Shown here: in pieces, positions 38,086-51,700 of the stretch
Position numbering within the stretch: position 1 is the stretch's first letter
How the letters are laid out: every line of letters starts with the position of its first letter
Assembly (NCBI RefSeq): GCF_009914755.1
Contig: NC_060933.1
Length of the DNA: 64,000 bases
Reading direction: 5' to 3' (one strand)
Source of the DNA: the human T2T-CHM13v2.0 reference genome, Homo sapiens
Notes under the pieces: model-generated
The model's input: the letters and a program-made list of their open reading frames with translations, nothing else
Database searches by the model: none
Told to the model about the DNA's origin: nothing
Position numbers and translations under genes: made by a program

Positions 38086-38849
38086 TGTTAGCAGCGGAAT
38101 GTTTCTGTATCACGTGACACCAAAGTAAGTTAGCGGAGGCAAATCCAAACGGGTCTGCAGCAACCTCAATTCTTGCCTCCTCGGAAGAAATAATTAGACC
38201 GAGGGACGTAGAGCAGAGTGAGAGACTGAGGCAAGTTTTAGAGCAGGAGTTAAACTTTATTAAAAAGCTGCAGAGCAGGAACGAAAGGAAGTAGAGTACA
38301 TTTGGAAGAGGGCCAAGTGGGCAACTTGAGAGATCAAGTGTACTGTTTGAACTTTGACTCGGGATTTTAAACGTTGGCATGCTTCTGAAGGGTTGTACCC
38401 CTTCTCCCCCGATTCTCCCCTGATTCTTCCCTTGGGGTGGGCTGTGCACATGTGCAGTGTGTCTACTGCAGGCACTTGGGAGGGGCCACATGCCTAGTGT
38501 GTCTACTGGAGTTGTACGTATGCTCACTTGAGGCGTTCTTCCCTTACCATTCGAATGTTCTTAGAAGGTCATATGCCAGTTAAACTCCACCATTTTGCCT
38601 CTTCTTAATGCATATGCTTGAGCTCACTCCCACAGCTCCTGAGATCTTATCAGGAAGCTGCTGATCACCAGTTTAAGGGTTTTTTTTTTCTGTTGGGAGA
38701 CTGCCTTTCTCTGGTTCTTGCTGCGACCAATTATTATTTTAGAGAAACTGTAACAACTGCCTGACCATCTCCTGATGGTGACCTGACACTCCTGGTTGGG
38801 GGAGCCCTCTGCTGCCCTGCTCATGCCTAACTAGCTACCCACTGTAATA
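38086..38849 (-). mobile_element. MER50-family ERV1 solo LTR
   Basis: Minus strand starts 'tattacagtgggtagctagttaggcatgagcagggcag'; 4-bp TSD GAAG (38082-38085 / 38850-38853). Confidence 0.8.
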
Positions 38850-38899
38850 GAAGGAAGGGAGGATGACTCCAAGGTTTCATTCAAGGAGGCTGCTCCCCT

Positions 38900-39925
38900 T
38901 AGTTTCAGATTTGTTTTTCTGCCTCCTCAACATCTCCACTCAGAAGTCCAATAGTCACTGTCAATGGAGCACATCAAAAGCACAAGCTGGAGTTTCCATT
39001 TTCCTCAAACCTACTTCTCCCCCAGCCTCTTCCCCATCTCAGCAAGTTACAACTCAGGACAAGGCTCTGAAGTGATTCTTGAACTCCCATTTCTTCCATA
39101 GTCCCATAACCAAATCCTGCAGCTATACTTTCAAAATCAATCAACAATCTTTCTATTTTTCATTGCCTCCAACTTGACCATTTTGGCCCAACCAACATTA
39201 TCCTTGGCCTAACCTATGACAACAGCTTCCTAACTTGTCCCTGCTTCTACCCTTGTTCTTCATAAACTATTCAGATCATGTCACTTCTCTGCTCAGATCC
39301 CTTTAATAGTTCCCCCAATTCATTCCAAGTCAAAGCCAAAGTTCTTACAGTGGCCCACAGGGTCCTACACGATCCCATCCCCCAGCACCTCTCTGACCTC
39401 ATCTCTTCTCACTGGCCCACAAGCAATCTGCTGGAGACCTTCAGATGGCTGTGTTGTCACTTATATTTGGCCAGCCGGCTCCCAAATCTGGTCGTTTGTT
39501 CCTGCCATTCACTCTGCTGTTGGTGGATCTAAACTTCCTCCGTCCTTCCCTCTCCATAAAGGTTTGGAGGTGGTATTCCTTGCCTTAAATACAATCCTTC
39601 CAGAAATCCACATGATGGACTATTATTATTATTCCAATAATGTCACTGTGTCATCTTCACAGAGGCCTTTCATGACCTCCCTACATGGAATAACATTAAT
39701 CAAGTAACTAGTTGTGACTCTCTACCTGCCTTGTTCTGCTTAGTTTTTTAATTAGCCCTTATCACTTGGTATATTATATACTTACTTTTCTATTATCTGT
39801 CACCCACAAACAGAATGTAAAATGCTAAGAGAAGGGCATTTATATAGTTTGTTTAGTGCTAGAGCCCCTGAGCCTTGAACAGAGACCAGCACATAAACCT
39901 TCATAAACATTTGTTGAATAAATGG
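38900..39925 (+). mobile_element. L2 element (3' portion)
   Basis: 'cagatcatgtcacttctctgctca...aaagccaaagttcttacagtggcccaca...aaacatttgttgaataaatg'. Confidence 0.8.
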
Positions 39926-39939
39926 CAAGACTGAATTAA

Positions 39940-40100
39940 GAGGCAGCGTAGCCACTAGGAAAGAACATGGGCTCTTGAGCCAGGTGGGCTGGGTTTGTAA
40001 CTTGGCTCTACTTCCTGCTTAATAAGTAATCCTGCACAAGTTACTTTGCATCTCCATGCCTCGGTTTTCTTATCTGTAGAATGCAGGTATTAATAAGAGC
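39940..40100 (+). mobile_element. MIR
   Basis: 'aagaacatgggctcttgagccagg...caagttacttt...ctcggttttcttatctgtagaatg'. Confidence 0.75.
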
Positions 40101-40104
40101 CGTC

Positions 40105-40660
40105 TGTGGCCATTTTAAACATCGCTACACATTCTTTAACACTGCTTCCGTGGAGAGTAAGGTCTATGTTCCTCCCACCCCTAACTCTGAGCAGTCTTGC
40201 GACTGCTTTGATCAGTAGAATACAACAGAAGTAGTGCTTCCAAGGCTAGGTACACAAGGTGATCTAGCTTCTGCCTTGCTCACAGGAACCCTTGCCCTTG
40301 GAGTTCAGAGCTGCCATGTAAGAAGTACAAGTACTTTGAGGCTGCCATGGTGGGGGGATCCTCAAACTACATGGAGAGGCAATAAGTAGGTGCTCCAATC
40401 TGCAGTTCCAACTGAGTCCTGCCTTCAAATCCTCCCAGGCCAAATGTCAGATGTGTAGAAAGAATCACCCAGATGATTCCATCCCCCTGCAATTGGTCAG
40501 TTGGTCAGTTCACCTGTAGCTGTTCAGGTCTTTTGAGCTTAGACCTCAGATGTTGTAGAGTAGAAACAGATCACTCCCATCTGATTTCCTATGTCCAGTG
40601 TACTTATCCAGACAATCTGTAAGCATAGTAAAATGGCTGTTCTTTTATACCACTAAGTGG
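40105..40660 (+). mobile_element. MLT1 LTR
   Basis: 'tgactgctttgatcagtagaata...ccaaggctagg...gctgccatgtaagaagt...aaaatggctgttcttttataccactaag'. Confidence 0.7.
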
Positions 40661-41646
40661 AATCATATTGTATTATATCTATGAGTACAGTATTACAGTA
40701 TTAGAGTATTAAATATTCAAGTATATTAATATAAGTATTAGAGTTAGGTCTCACTCACTTGTGTGTTTCTCTGAGCACGTAGCAACAGTGTGAGGCCTAA
40801 AGGAGACACTCCACAAACGTTTGCTTCACTGGTTTCATAAATGCACTCGTGTTCATTATCGTCTATAAACTTCTTGGAAAACATTGTTTTTCAACAATTT
40901 TCTCCATTCTTGTCTTGAAATTTGTCATATTTGCCGAGAAGTTGATTGGTAATCTTATAAGATTTAGATTGAAGTTTATGGATGACATGGCTAGTATTGC
41001 TAAGAATGTACAGTGCAGCGTAAACACGGAAGTCTTGCATAATCTTTTCCTGGACTTGTGCTTTCTTGAACTGGGTTCAAATCTAAACTGAGCAAGGCCA
41101 CACAGGGCGTTAAAGCAAAAAATGTACAGTTGGAATGCACTGAACCCCCTCGACTGGGGGAGATAGGCCTCAGAGGAGGTAATTTTTAAGAACCTGCCTT
41201 TTATTTCCAGTCACCTGGCAAGCCAATCTAAGAAAATATACAGTACAAATGTGATTTTCTAGTGACACAATTGTCTAGAGAGAAAAACAACTTCAAACAT
41301 ATCATGGTGTTTTGGAAATTATTTGCTGAATATGTCAACATACCCCTTGAAAGAAAAGCAGTTGCCTAGCTTTTGGACTCTTCTCATGTGCAGATTTCTC
41401 AAATTTTGAAATAACAAAATCCTTAAAATAATTACTTGGATATGACTCACATTTTTTAGACAGCCTGTTGGATACTTGCTACAAATAATTTCATGTGTCT
41501 AATTTAATGGTACAGCTATATAGGGCAAGAAGGAAAAAATAGGAGGGCAGGGAAGCTAAAGAAGAAAGGGAACAGCAAGCAAGGTTTAGATGTAATTGTT
41601 TGAGAGTGCTGCCTTAGGAAATAGTAATCTCTTTTGAGGTTTGTAG

Positions 41647-41950
<304 letters not shown>

Positions 41951-42277
41951 AGTCTCTGCATTTTTACTAGAGCAAATATTAATGCTTCAATGTCATATAT
42001 AGCCAGTAAAGCAGAGTCTTCATATTCAAAGTGAAACGTATTTAGGACTGTTTTTTCTCAGTTAACAGTGAAATCAGGGGGGTAACGGTGTTACTAATGA
42101 TTTCCTATGTATTGACCCAGGGTAGAAAGTTCCTTTCTAGGGGCTGTTGACTTTATGAATCAGGATTATCATCTGAGAGCGCGGGAAGCCTGGTTGGGAG
42201 GGTCAGTTGCCAAATAAACAACCTGGGGAACTCTGTGTCTCAAGCAAGAGAAGGACATATTTATTAAACACACATGG

Positions 42278-42697
42278 TGCTATGGTTTAAATCTGTCTCC
42301 CAGTTCAAATTTCATGTCCAATTTTAATCCCTAATGCTGGAGGTAGGGTCTGGTGGGAGGTGACTGCATCATGGGGGCGTTGTTCTCATGAATGGTTTAG
42401 CACCACCCATCCTGGTACTGTATAGTGGGCGAGTTCTTACGAGAGATCTGGTTGTTTAAAAGTGTGAGGCACCTTCCTGCTCCCCCTTCCTCCTGCTCTG
42501 GCCGTTTGAAGTGCTCTCTGCCACTTTGCCTTCCACCATGTTTGTAAGTTTTCTGGAGGCCTGCCCAGAAGCCGAGCAGATGCCGACACCACGTTCCTGT
42601 ACAGTCTGTGGAACCATGAGCCAATTACACTTCTTTTCTTTATAAATTACCTGGTCTCAGGTATTTCTTTATAGCAGGGTAAGAACAGACTAATACA
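42278..42697 (+). mobile_element. MST solo LTR (MaLR)
   Basis: tgctatggttt...gaacagactaataca. Confidence 0.87.
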
Positions 42698-42710
42698 TTT
42701 GGGCAACTGA

Positions 42711-43425
<715 letters not shown>

Positions 43426-44302
43426 ATTGATGATTAATTTTTATTGAGCATTCATATTTTCAGGAGATGTGGTGGGCTGAATACCTACTCTATGCTAGAG
43501 TGTACTAGGTTTATATGTGCACCATGCCCTTAATCCTAACATCATTCTACCTATTTGCAGATGCATGGCTTGAGATGCCCAGAGCCATAGTGCTAGCAAG
43601 CAACTGGGATATGGAGCTAGATCTCTCTGACTCCAACATCTTGCCTCACTTGCCTCATTGTACATGATGTGCTATCAAGTGCTTACTTTGAGCAGCTGCT
43701 GGGAAACAGGTCTGCTGGGGCCTCAAACAATCATTTGGTCTTTAGTCTCTGGTTTAATGTTGGCCAATTATTTTAGCCAACAAACCAAGCAGGTTGGAGG
43801 AGTGGGCTGGCTTTGACATCAGCATGTCGAGACTGGCAACCCCGCCTCAGCTCTGATATCATCACGGTGAAGTCAGCCTGGCGTGGCCCCCACTCACAAT
43901 TCCTGTCAGAATTGTGGTCTAGCCACAAGCCAGACACCGTAGGCTCCAAGAACTGGTAAAAAGCCTGGGCGAAATAGATTGGTGGGAAATGTGCATTCCG
44001 TGGGCAGCCAGCTTCCCAAGGCTGCCAACCTTTGCTTTCCTAAAGAGAAAGAAGATTAAGTAGTTAGCTGCCTTGGATTCAGGATGCCGATTTCAACACT
44101 ACACATGTGCAGAGTGATCCCTTTTGATTGTTTAGGCAACGCTGGAGAGAAATGTGTCTAAAATTATTTTATGTCATTTCAAATGTTCCTATTCTCCATT
44201 TTGTGTATGAGCTTCTTGGTGACTTCTTTGAGTCATTCTGATATTTGTGTGCATAGCTAAATGTATATGTGACATAAGCTGTTTTGAGCACCTACATTAT
44301 AA

Positions 44303-44886
44303 TGTGTCAGGGACAACAGTGCCTCTCTCTTTTCTGAATGTATTTAGCCAGTTAGTGTTAATGTTACCTAAGCTGACACTCCACCATTGTGCCATCCTTG
44401 AGCCATTGGCTCCAGATCCAGTCCCTGTCCTTCCCCTTCTCTCCCCTCTTCTGTATCACTGAGAGCTTTACCCTGCTGGCTGACTTTCTCAGGCTTCCTT
44501 GTAAGCTGTTTTTCAGCAGGGTTTGGCTGAGGGGAGGCACTGGTGAGGGACAAAGGAGAAAGAAAGAAGGGAGAATCCAGGATTTTTTCCTGTCCCTCTT
44601 TGCCTCAAGCAGCATCCCCCAACTCCACACCTCCATTACCCACTTGGCTGCCATAGTTCTCACTGGTTCCTGTGACCTGACCCTTGGGCTCAGGTAACTA
44701 TGATCTTTCTCTCTGTCCTTCTAGCCTTGGAGACGTGGCAGCTCCCTGCTCATGCAGATCTCTGGGTTACACCGCTGTGCCTGGTTCAGCTTCCTAGCAT
44801 CTATTATCTATGTAAGGAATTTAATTCTCTCTCTTTGATGTACCCACAGTGGTTTCTGCCTTCTTAGGTGGATCCTGATAAATATA
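44303..44886. mobile_element. LTR33-like ERVL LTR
   Basis: tgtgtcagg start; end 'gtggtttctgccttcttaggtggatcctgataaatata' resembles the LTR33 terminus. Confidence 0.55.
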
Positions 44887-45408
44887 ATTACACTAGTTTT
44901 TGTCGCACTTAGGAATGTTTCAGATGCCTATGAATTGCCTTTAAGAGATTTTGGTAAGATATAGTTTAGGGGTCTTTCTTTTAGTTCAACAAACATTCAG
45001 TGGGTACCTACTATGCACAACACAAGTTTGTAGGTGAATAGTTATTGATTGTTACACAGCCAGCATCTAAAAAGATGAGACGATCTGAAGAGCGTTCTTT
45101 TCAGGTCAGTGGAATGTAATCAGCACAATTGATTTATTGCCTGCACTTAATAAGAGATATTAGGAGACAAAAACATTTATTAATGTTCTTGTTTGATCAG
45201 TGTTAATGTCAAGGCTTGTTATACGGGGGTGCCATCAAATCGCCTGCTGGTACATATTCTCACAGAGCACCAAAAATTCCATCCAAATAAATTATTGTTA
45301 TTATTATTTCAACTGATTCATTTGGCAGGAAAAGTTGGGATCAGAAGAGCAGGTGAGCCATGTTTCCTCCTGCCCTTGATATAGGCAGTCTGGTGTTGAG
45401 CTAAGTGA

Positions 45409-45716
<308 letters not shown>

Positions 45717-48700
45717 GATTAAGACCTTTTCTATAGCATCAGGCATTGACCTATGAGACCTGTGAGGTCCACACACTGATAACCAATTCCCTAGGAATGA
45801 TGAGGAAGACACAGAAGACGGGAGCTATGAGAGCAGCCTTTTGTGATTTTTCATGATGTAACTGATACTTCCTGTGAGCAAATAAGCTACTGGCTAGGTT
45901 CATCACAAATGGCCTGTGGTGACTGAAGAGTTGTGCATATTTTTACTTACTAAAGGACATGTATGCAAATTCTTATTGATGTTATAAATCATGGTATTTT
46001 GAGGGATGCCAAGAAATTGATCATTTTCACTAACTGAAATCATCTAATGCCTCTTAGAGGTGAACATCAGATTTTGGAATAACAAGCATCTTTTACCGCT
46101 CTTCCTTGATACTCCTAGACTCTTGCTTTCCTGTCAAACTGCCTCCTATGTTAGCCTCAGAGGGAATGAGGTTGTTAAATTCCAGTTGTGGGATCAGTGG
46201 AGGTGTAGTAACCCTAACTTACTATCAGAGTATCCTCTGATAACATGAAAAGAAGAAAGGGGTGGAGGAGAAAGAGAAGAGGAGGGGAGGAGGGATGGGT
46301 GACAAGGAGTTAAGGAGGAGTGACGGATAAAGCCATGGCCATTCCAGATGCTGTTGTCTGAGCTACTACCTGCTTGTCCTGTTGCCTTAGGGATGGGGAC
46401 CCTTCTTGCACTGCATTAGCCCAGTAGGGAAGGCTTGTGGGGCTTTCTATTTGTTTTCATTTATTTACTCTGATAGGAGGCAAGCTTCATTTCCTTAGCT
46501 TACCTCTTTTATTCTTTTATACTTAAAGTATACTTTTATTCTTAAATTTTTAAGTATAAAAACCGATCTCACCTGCATTTTCTTCTTGAAACCCATTCAA
46601 TCTTGTAAGCTAATTGTTTGCCGGTTCACCATTCTCCCAGCTAGATATGAGACACAATCATTTGAAGTTCCTTTTTACGTGTGCCAGATGAAAAATCCAA
46701 TTCATCCCTTAACTTTCCTTAGTAACCGAAGGAGGTGAAATACACCATCTGTTTGGTTTGTTAAAAAGTGGTGCCTTTGGATATCACATTAATTGGATTT
46801 AAAGCGTGGGCAAAATTGAATATCTAGCAGGCCTGGAAGTTATATTTAAAGCTATTTTCCCCTCTCGGTGGAAACAAAATACCGAACATTCATGATAGAT
46901 TGAGATTTAAAATGGTAGTTCCATAAGAAGGTGGTTCTCCTCTCTCTCTCCGCATGTTCCTCTGTAAAGAAGTTCCTGAATTTAGAATAGAAAATAACAG
47001 TAAACAGTATTTTGAAAGCAATGTAGCCTAGTTGGTGTTGAAAAGTTTAAAGATTTAAATGTTCTGTTTGTGAAGGAATTTGCTAATTGTCCTGCAGATG
47101 TTCCTTCTTTTTATCCCTTATGTGTCATAGTTTCCTTAACATTCTCTTCCTCCCTTTCTTTCTCTGGCTTTAGCTCTCCATCTTGTTCTCTTTTTTAAAG
47201 CAGTGAAGATAAGTTCAAAGAATGTGTAAAACTTCTTTTCTTTCCCTGGAAACAAGGCTATGCCTCAGTGCCAAAGTCCTGAGGCCCTGTCTTGATGAGA
47301 AGCCCTCTTGCTTTAATTGTAACTTTTCCAGAAAGTTCTCTCCCAACTCAGTGACTTGTGTATCCTGGATTTAATTTTATTAAGTGAGTTGCAACGTTAA
47401 ATTATTTGGCCCTATTTCATGACTCCACCTAACATTCTAACCCCCCACTGAAATAATCAAATAGTGAGTAACAAATACCTGTATTTTTTTCAGAGGACTT
47501 AAAATGGCGAATTCCTTAAGAGTCCTTGGATGATCAGAAAGCTCTCCTAACAACTCCAAACCATGGCTGGGAATCAGTGTTCTTATCCTTTAAAAAAAAA
47601 AAAGACCCATTAGTAGCACTCATTTTTAAGATTTGCTGTTCAGCATAATATTAAAGTCACCTGATCACTTTGCATTCATCTTAGTCAGTATTTTGAATTC
47701 CTAAGTTAATATCACCTTTAGAAATAAAGTCAAATGTCTTTGTTTTAGTTACATTATTAATCTTTCATAATGCAATTGAAAATGAACTCTAGTACCTGAA
47801 TTTATTATTAATTTATTTTTAAAGTAGAGATAATCTTCATTTCTCTTACATGGGGCATTAAACACACATAAAACCAACCTACTAATGTAGATTCAATTCT
47901 TTTCCCTGGTGTAAACATGGTAGATCCCACAATGCATAGGCAACTGTGCTAGAAACGGGGCCTCAAGCTGCTTATTCCAAGCTTCCTCTCTGGTGAGCCT
48001 TGCCTACAACTCCTCTCCCCATCCCTGGGACTCAGATCCTCCTTAGCAAATGATCTTTCTCTCTCTCTGCTTGCTCTCTCTCTTGCCCTTCCCTCCCCAC
48101 ACCAATTTAAACAATAAAGGCAGAAGCATGAAACCAAGAAATTGCAGTGAGGAAAAGTATAGGTAATATGAGGGATGTTCTGCTTCCCCTATTTTGTGGG
48201 ATTCATTGAGCAAATGATTTGTCATACAACCTAACTCCTGGTAAGACTAGCTTACCACCTAGTCTTACAAAGTATAGTTGACCACATTGACAGTTTTGCT
48301 TAAGGTGGGTCCTGAATATATAGAGCTTCTATAGACATTCCTGATTCTTCATGAAACTTGGCTTTCCTGAGCCATCTTTGCCATGAAAAGCATTTGGTAG
48401 CCCTTCCCTATGTTTCATCTCCCTCCTCTTCTCACATACACACACATTGCTGCTACTGCTCCTCTTCCTCCTCCTCACACACACACACCTCTCCCTTAAG
48501 AAAGAGTTTGAGAATCACAGAGCTAGAGATAGGACTTGCCTGAGTTCCAGAATATTCCTAATGATGAGGTAGATCACTTCAATCCCCAGAAACATGGATG
48601 TGGCATTGAAGAGTCATTGCAAATATGCTGCTAGTCTTCAGGGCTTCTTGCATTTGGTATTTAAAGTAGAGCTTCACTGTTCTCTGAGTTATAGTAGATT

Positions 48701-51700
48701 TTCAAATTTTTAACATATCTCACTTCCAATATACATAAACCATTAGATTAAGATTATTTTGAGCATAAATTATTTGAGATTATCCATGTGACTACCGACG
48801 TTGCATTTGATTATGTGACCAATAGCCAGCTATGAAATCTTCATCAATAAAATAATTTCAGGTGTCACTATAACTTCCTTACCCCAGAAAAAGACTACGA
48901 TGACGCTCAGATAAGAATTTGATGTATTTGGCAACCTCAAAGTGTCGGAGGAGTATTTGTGAAGTTAAAAGAGTGTTCTAACCAAAGCTATACGGTTATT
49001 CCTTGTAGATGGTAAAGAAAGAATGAGAGCATTGTTGGGGTTTAAGGGATTGCATTAACAGAGCTCTGTGTAATATGGTGAAGTAAAACTCCACTGGGAG
49101 AGAGGCAGTTTTGCAAATTATGGTGCAGTCAGGTAATTACTCCTCTCCCTCCAAGTTTAGTTGATACTCTCTGAGATTTAAAGTTTGTCTCTGTGAGATA
49201 TGTAAGTATGTGTGTTCAACCGTCTCTCCATCATGTAAAGGAAGCTAGATGGCTTGTTCATTGACTTAAAAGGCTAATTACCAACAATCACAATTCCTTC
49301 TAGTCTGCTGTTCCTCTCAGAGAGGAAAATGTTCTAAACTGGAGGAAGTATAGTGCTGGGCAGGGAAAAGGACAGATCGTGAGTTGAGCCTGTGATAAGA
49401 GCCAAAAAGCCTGCAGAGTTTCACACCATGGAGATTAGAAGAAGAAATGGTGGAGGGAGGTACAGGTCAGGTGGTCAAGGTCAAGGTGAATAACTTGAGT
49501 GTGACCTGGAGGAGATCCCTTATGAAGGCACTTTTCCTTTCAACTATAGGTGCTTTCCGCCAGAACGGTGAGAGAAGACAGTTTTAAAGTATAATTGTAA
49601 GTTTTTTAAAAGTTTTTTTCTCTTAGGATGTAGTTGTCTTGAAGTTACTCCATATCTTCAGGAAAATCTGATCATCCCTTTAGTCTTCAGTGACACGCAA
49701 GTGAAGAAGAGGAAACAGGACATTGAGGGAAGCTTGGCCAGGTACCAAATCAATGCCTCATCCCACCCATGCCTTATGGTTCCAGCTGGGAAAGGACAAC
49801 ACCCTTCCAAGGGGATTATGCTTGGTAATGACCATCAACAGCGAGTCAAGGTCCACCTTCAAGGAAGGGGCCATAGGGAGGAGCACTTGAGCTGAGATAG
49901 GACTTCCAAGAAGACATCCATAAATACTCAAGTGAGAAGAGACTTTTAGGTTAACAACCCAAGGAAAAAATGGAAAGTGAGGCTAAAAGAAAAGGATTTG
50001 TTAAGAAATACTTTAGGATGGCTATCCCTCCAACCTGTTTATCTCCAAGTTGTGAACTCTCCTCTACCCAAATTTATATCTCATGGCTTCACCCTCATGC
50101 TTCAGTTTAGAAGTTAAACTTCTCCAAGGAGTGTCACAACTATATATGATACCTTGGATATCTTATAGGATTTTGGACTTGGGTTTCAATTATTTTAAAT
50201 CCATCCAAATGCCTTTTCTCTGCTGACAGCTCCACACTGCCCACTCAAATAAAAAAGACTCACCAGGAGAATAAATTATTTCTTCCCTTGTCAATGGTAA
50301 TTTGTGTTCACTAAATTACCTCCAGATCTACTTTCCTGAGTCAAAAATAACTTCATAGATTTTTTCCCCCCTCCATGTTTAGCTTGGAAAGACATATAGA
50401 TTTAGAAGTTAACCTCTCTCTGTTAGATGCTCAAGAATAATTAAGCTCGTTTTCTTCTTAAATCAACCAGATGTTTCATTTTAAGATGGAACAATATGTG
50501 GTTTATTTGACCCAAGTTCTCATGAAAAGGCCATTGCTTTCATTTTGATAGTCCTGCTTTGCGAGAGGTAAAAATGAAAAACATCTTTAAGAGAATTCCA
50601 TCTTTTTTTTTCCCTGGGAACAATGCTCAGTCTCAATAGGAAACCACATTTTTTAAGAACATGAAAGTTATTACTGATGATGTCCCGCAATCTGATCAAA
50701 CACTTAAGGGACAGCCGTCACGTTATGATTTTACTGCACTGTTCTTCATAACTTTCAAAAGAGACTTAAATGTCTACTGTGTCAAGATTTGTTTCTGGCA
50801 AGGCATTTATTTACACTATTTCTTTGTCACTTTAGTGTTTTCTTCTAATCAAGCTAGGCTAATATGCTTAGGGCACCTTTCATTTTTGTCTTAAAAAATA
50901 CCAATAAATGGTTAAGGGTAGTTTTTACAGCATGGTGAGTGTTATTTCACAATGTTTCATTAGCCACAAATCCTCAAGTCACTTTTAAGAATTCCAGATG
51001 CCCTACTGTAGGTATTTTTGCAGCTGTTTTGTGGGAAATCATGAAAGTGCAACTCCTTTTGACAAAAAAGAGCATATCTCATTTCTACAGGGATTGGTCT
51101 CTTTTTACTGTACTTTATAGTAACAAAAAGGGCAATGTAAAGACAGCTGTGTACTGTATATAGTTTCTCCATGTGTCTGAAGTTCAGATAGTGAAAATAT
51201 CTTCTAATTTGTAAACTACTATGATTTTACTTTGAAGGAAGTCTTTCTTTTAAATTGGTTATGAAATATTTGAAGTTACAACTTTCTTTCTATTATTTGC
51301 AGCACACAATTGGGCCTGAAATTTTTTTTATCTGGATCCAATAATTTTGCTTTTGAAATGCATTTTATTATTCTTTGTAACTAAATTCCTAAGTCGACTC
51401 CATGCATTCTTTTACTTAGGAGACAACACAGTGAATATAACTGTCGATAACTATTAACTCCTCCTCTAAACTATTAACTATTAACTATCTCCAATCCTCT
51501 TAGTATTACATATTTCCTTTAAATTTTTTTTTTCAATTTTGAAAGTTGTATATTTCAGGATGTTATGAATAGCTATTTACTGATATCTTATACCTCAAGA
51601 ATATTTTGCTGCATAGACAGCCACAGTTTATACATTTTATAAAGAAAGAAGGAAGAAAAGGTTTTCCTTGTGTTAGTTCCAGTACCACACGATCTGTAGT

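Noticed and set aside
38030-38527. 165-aa minus-strand ORF
   Set aside because: Inside the MER50 LTR; no gag/pol/env similarity visible.
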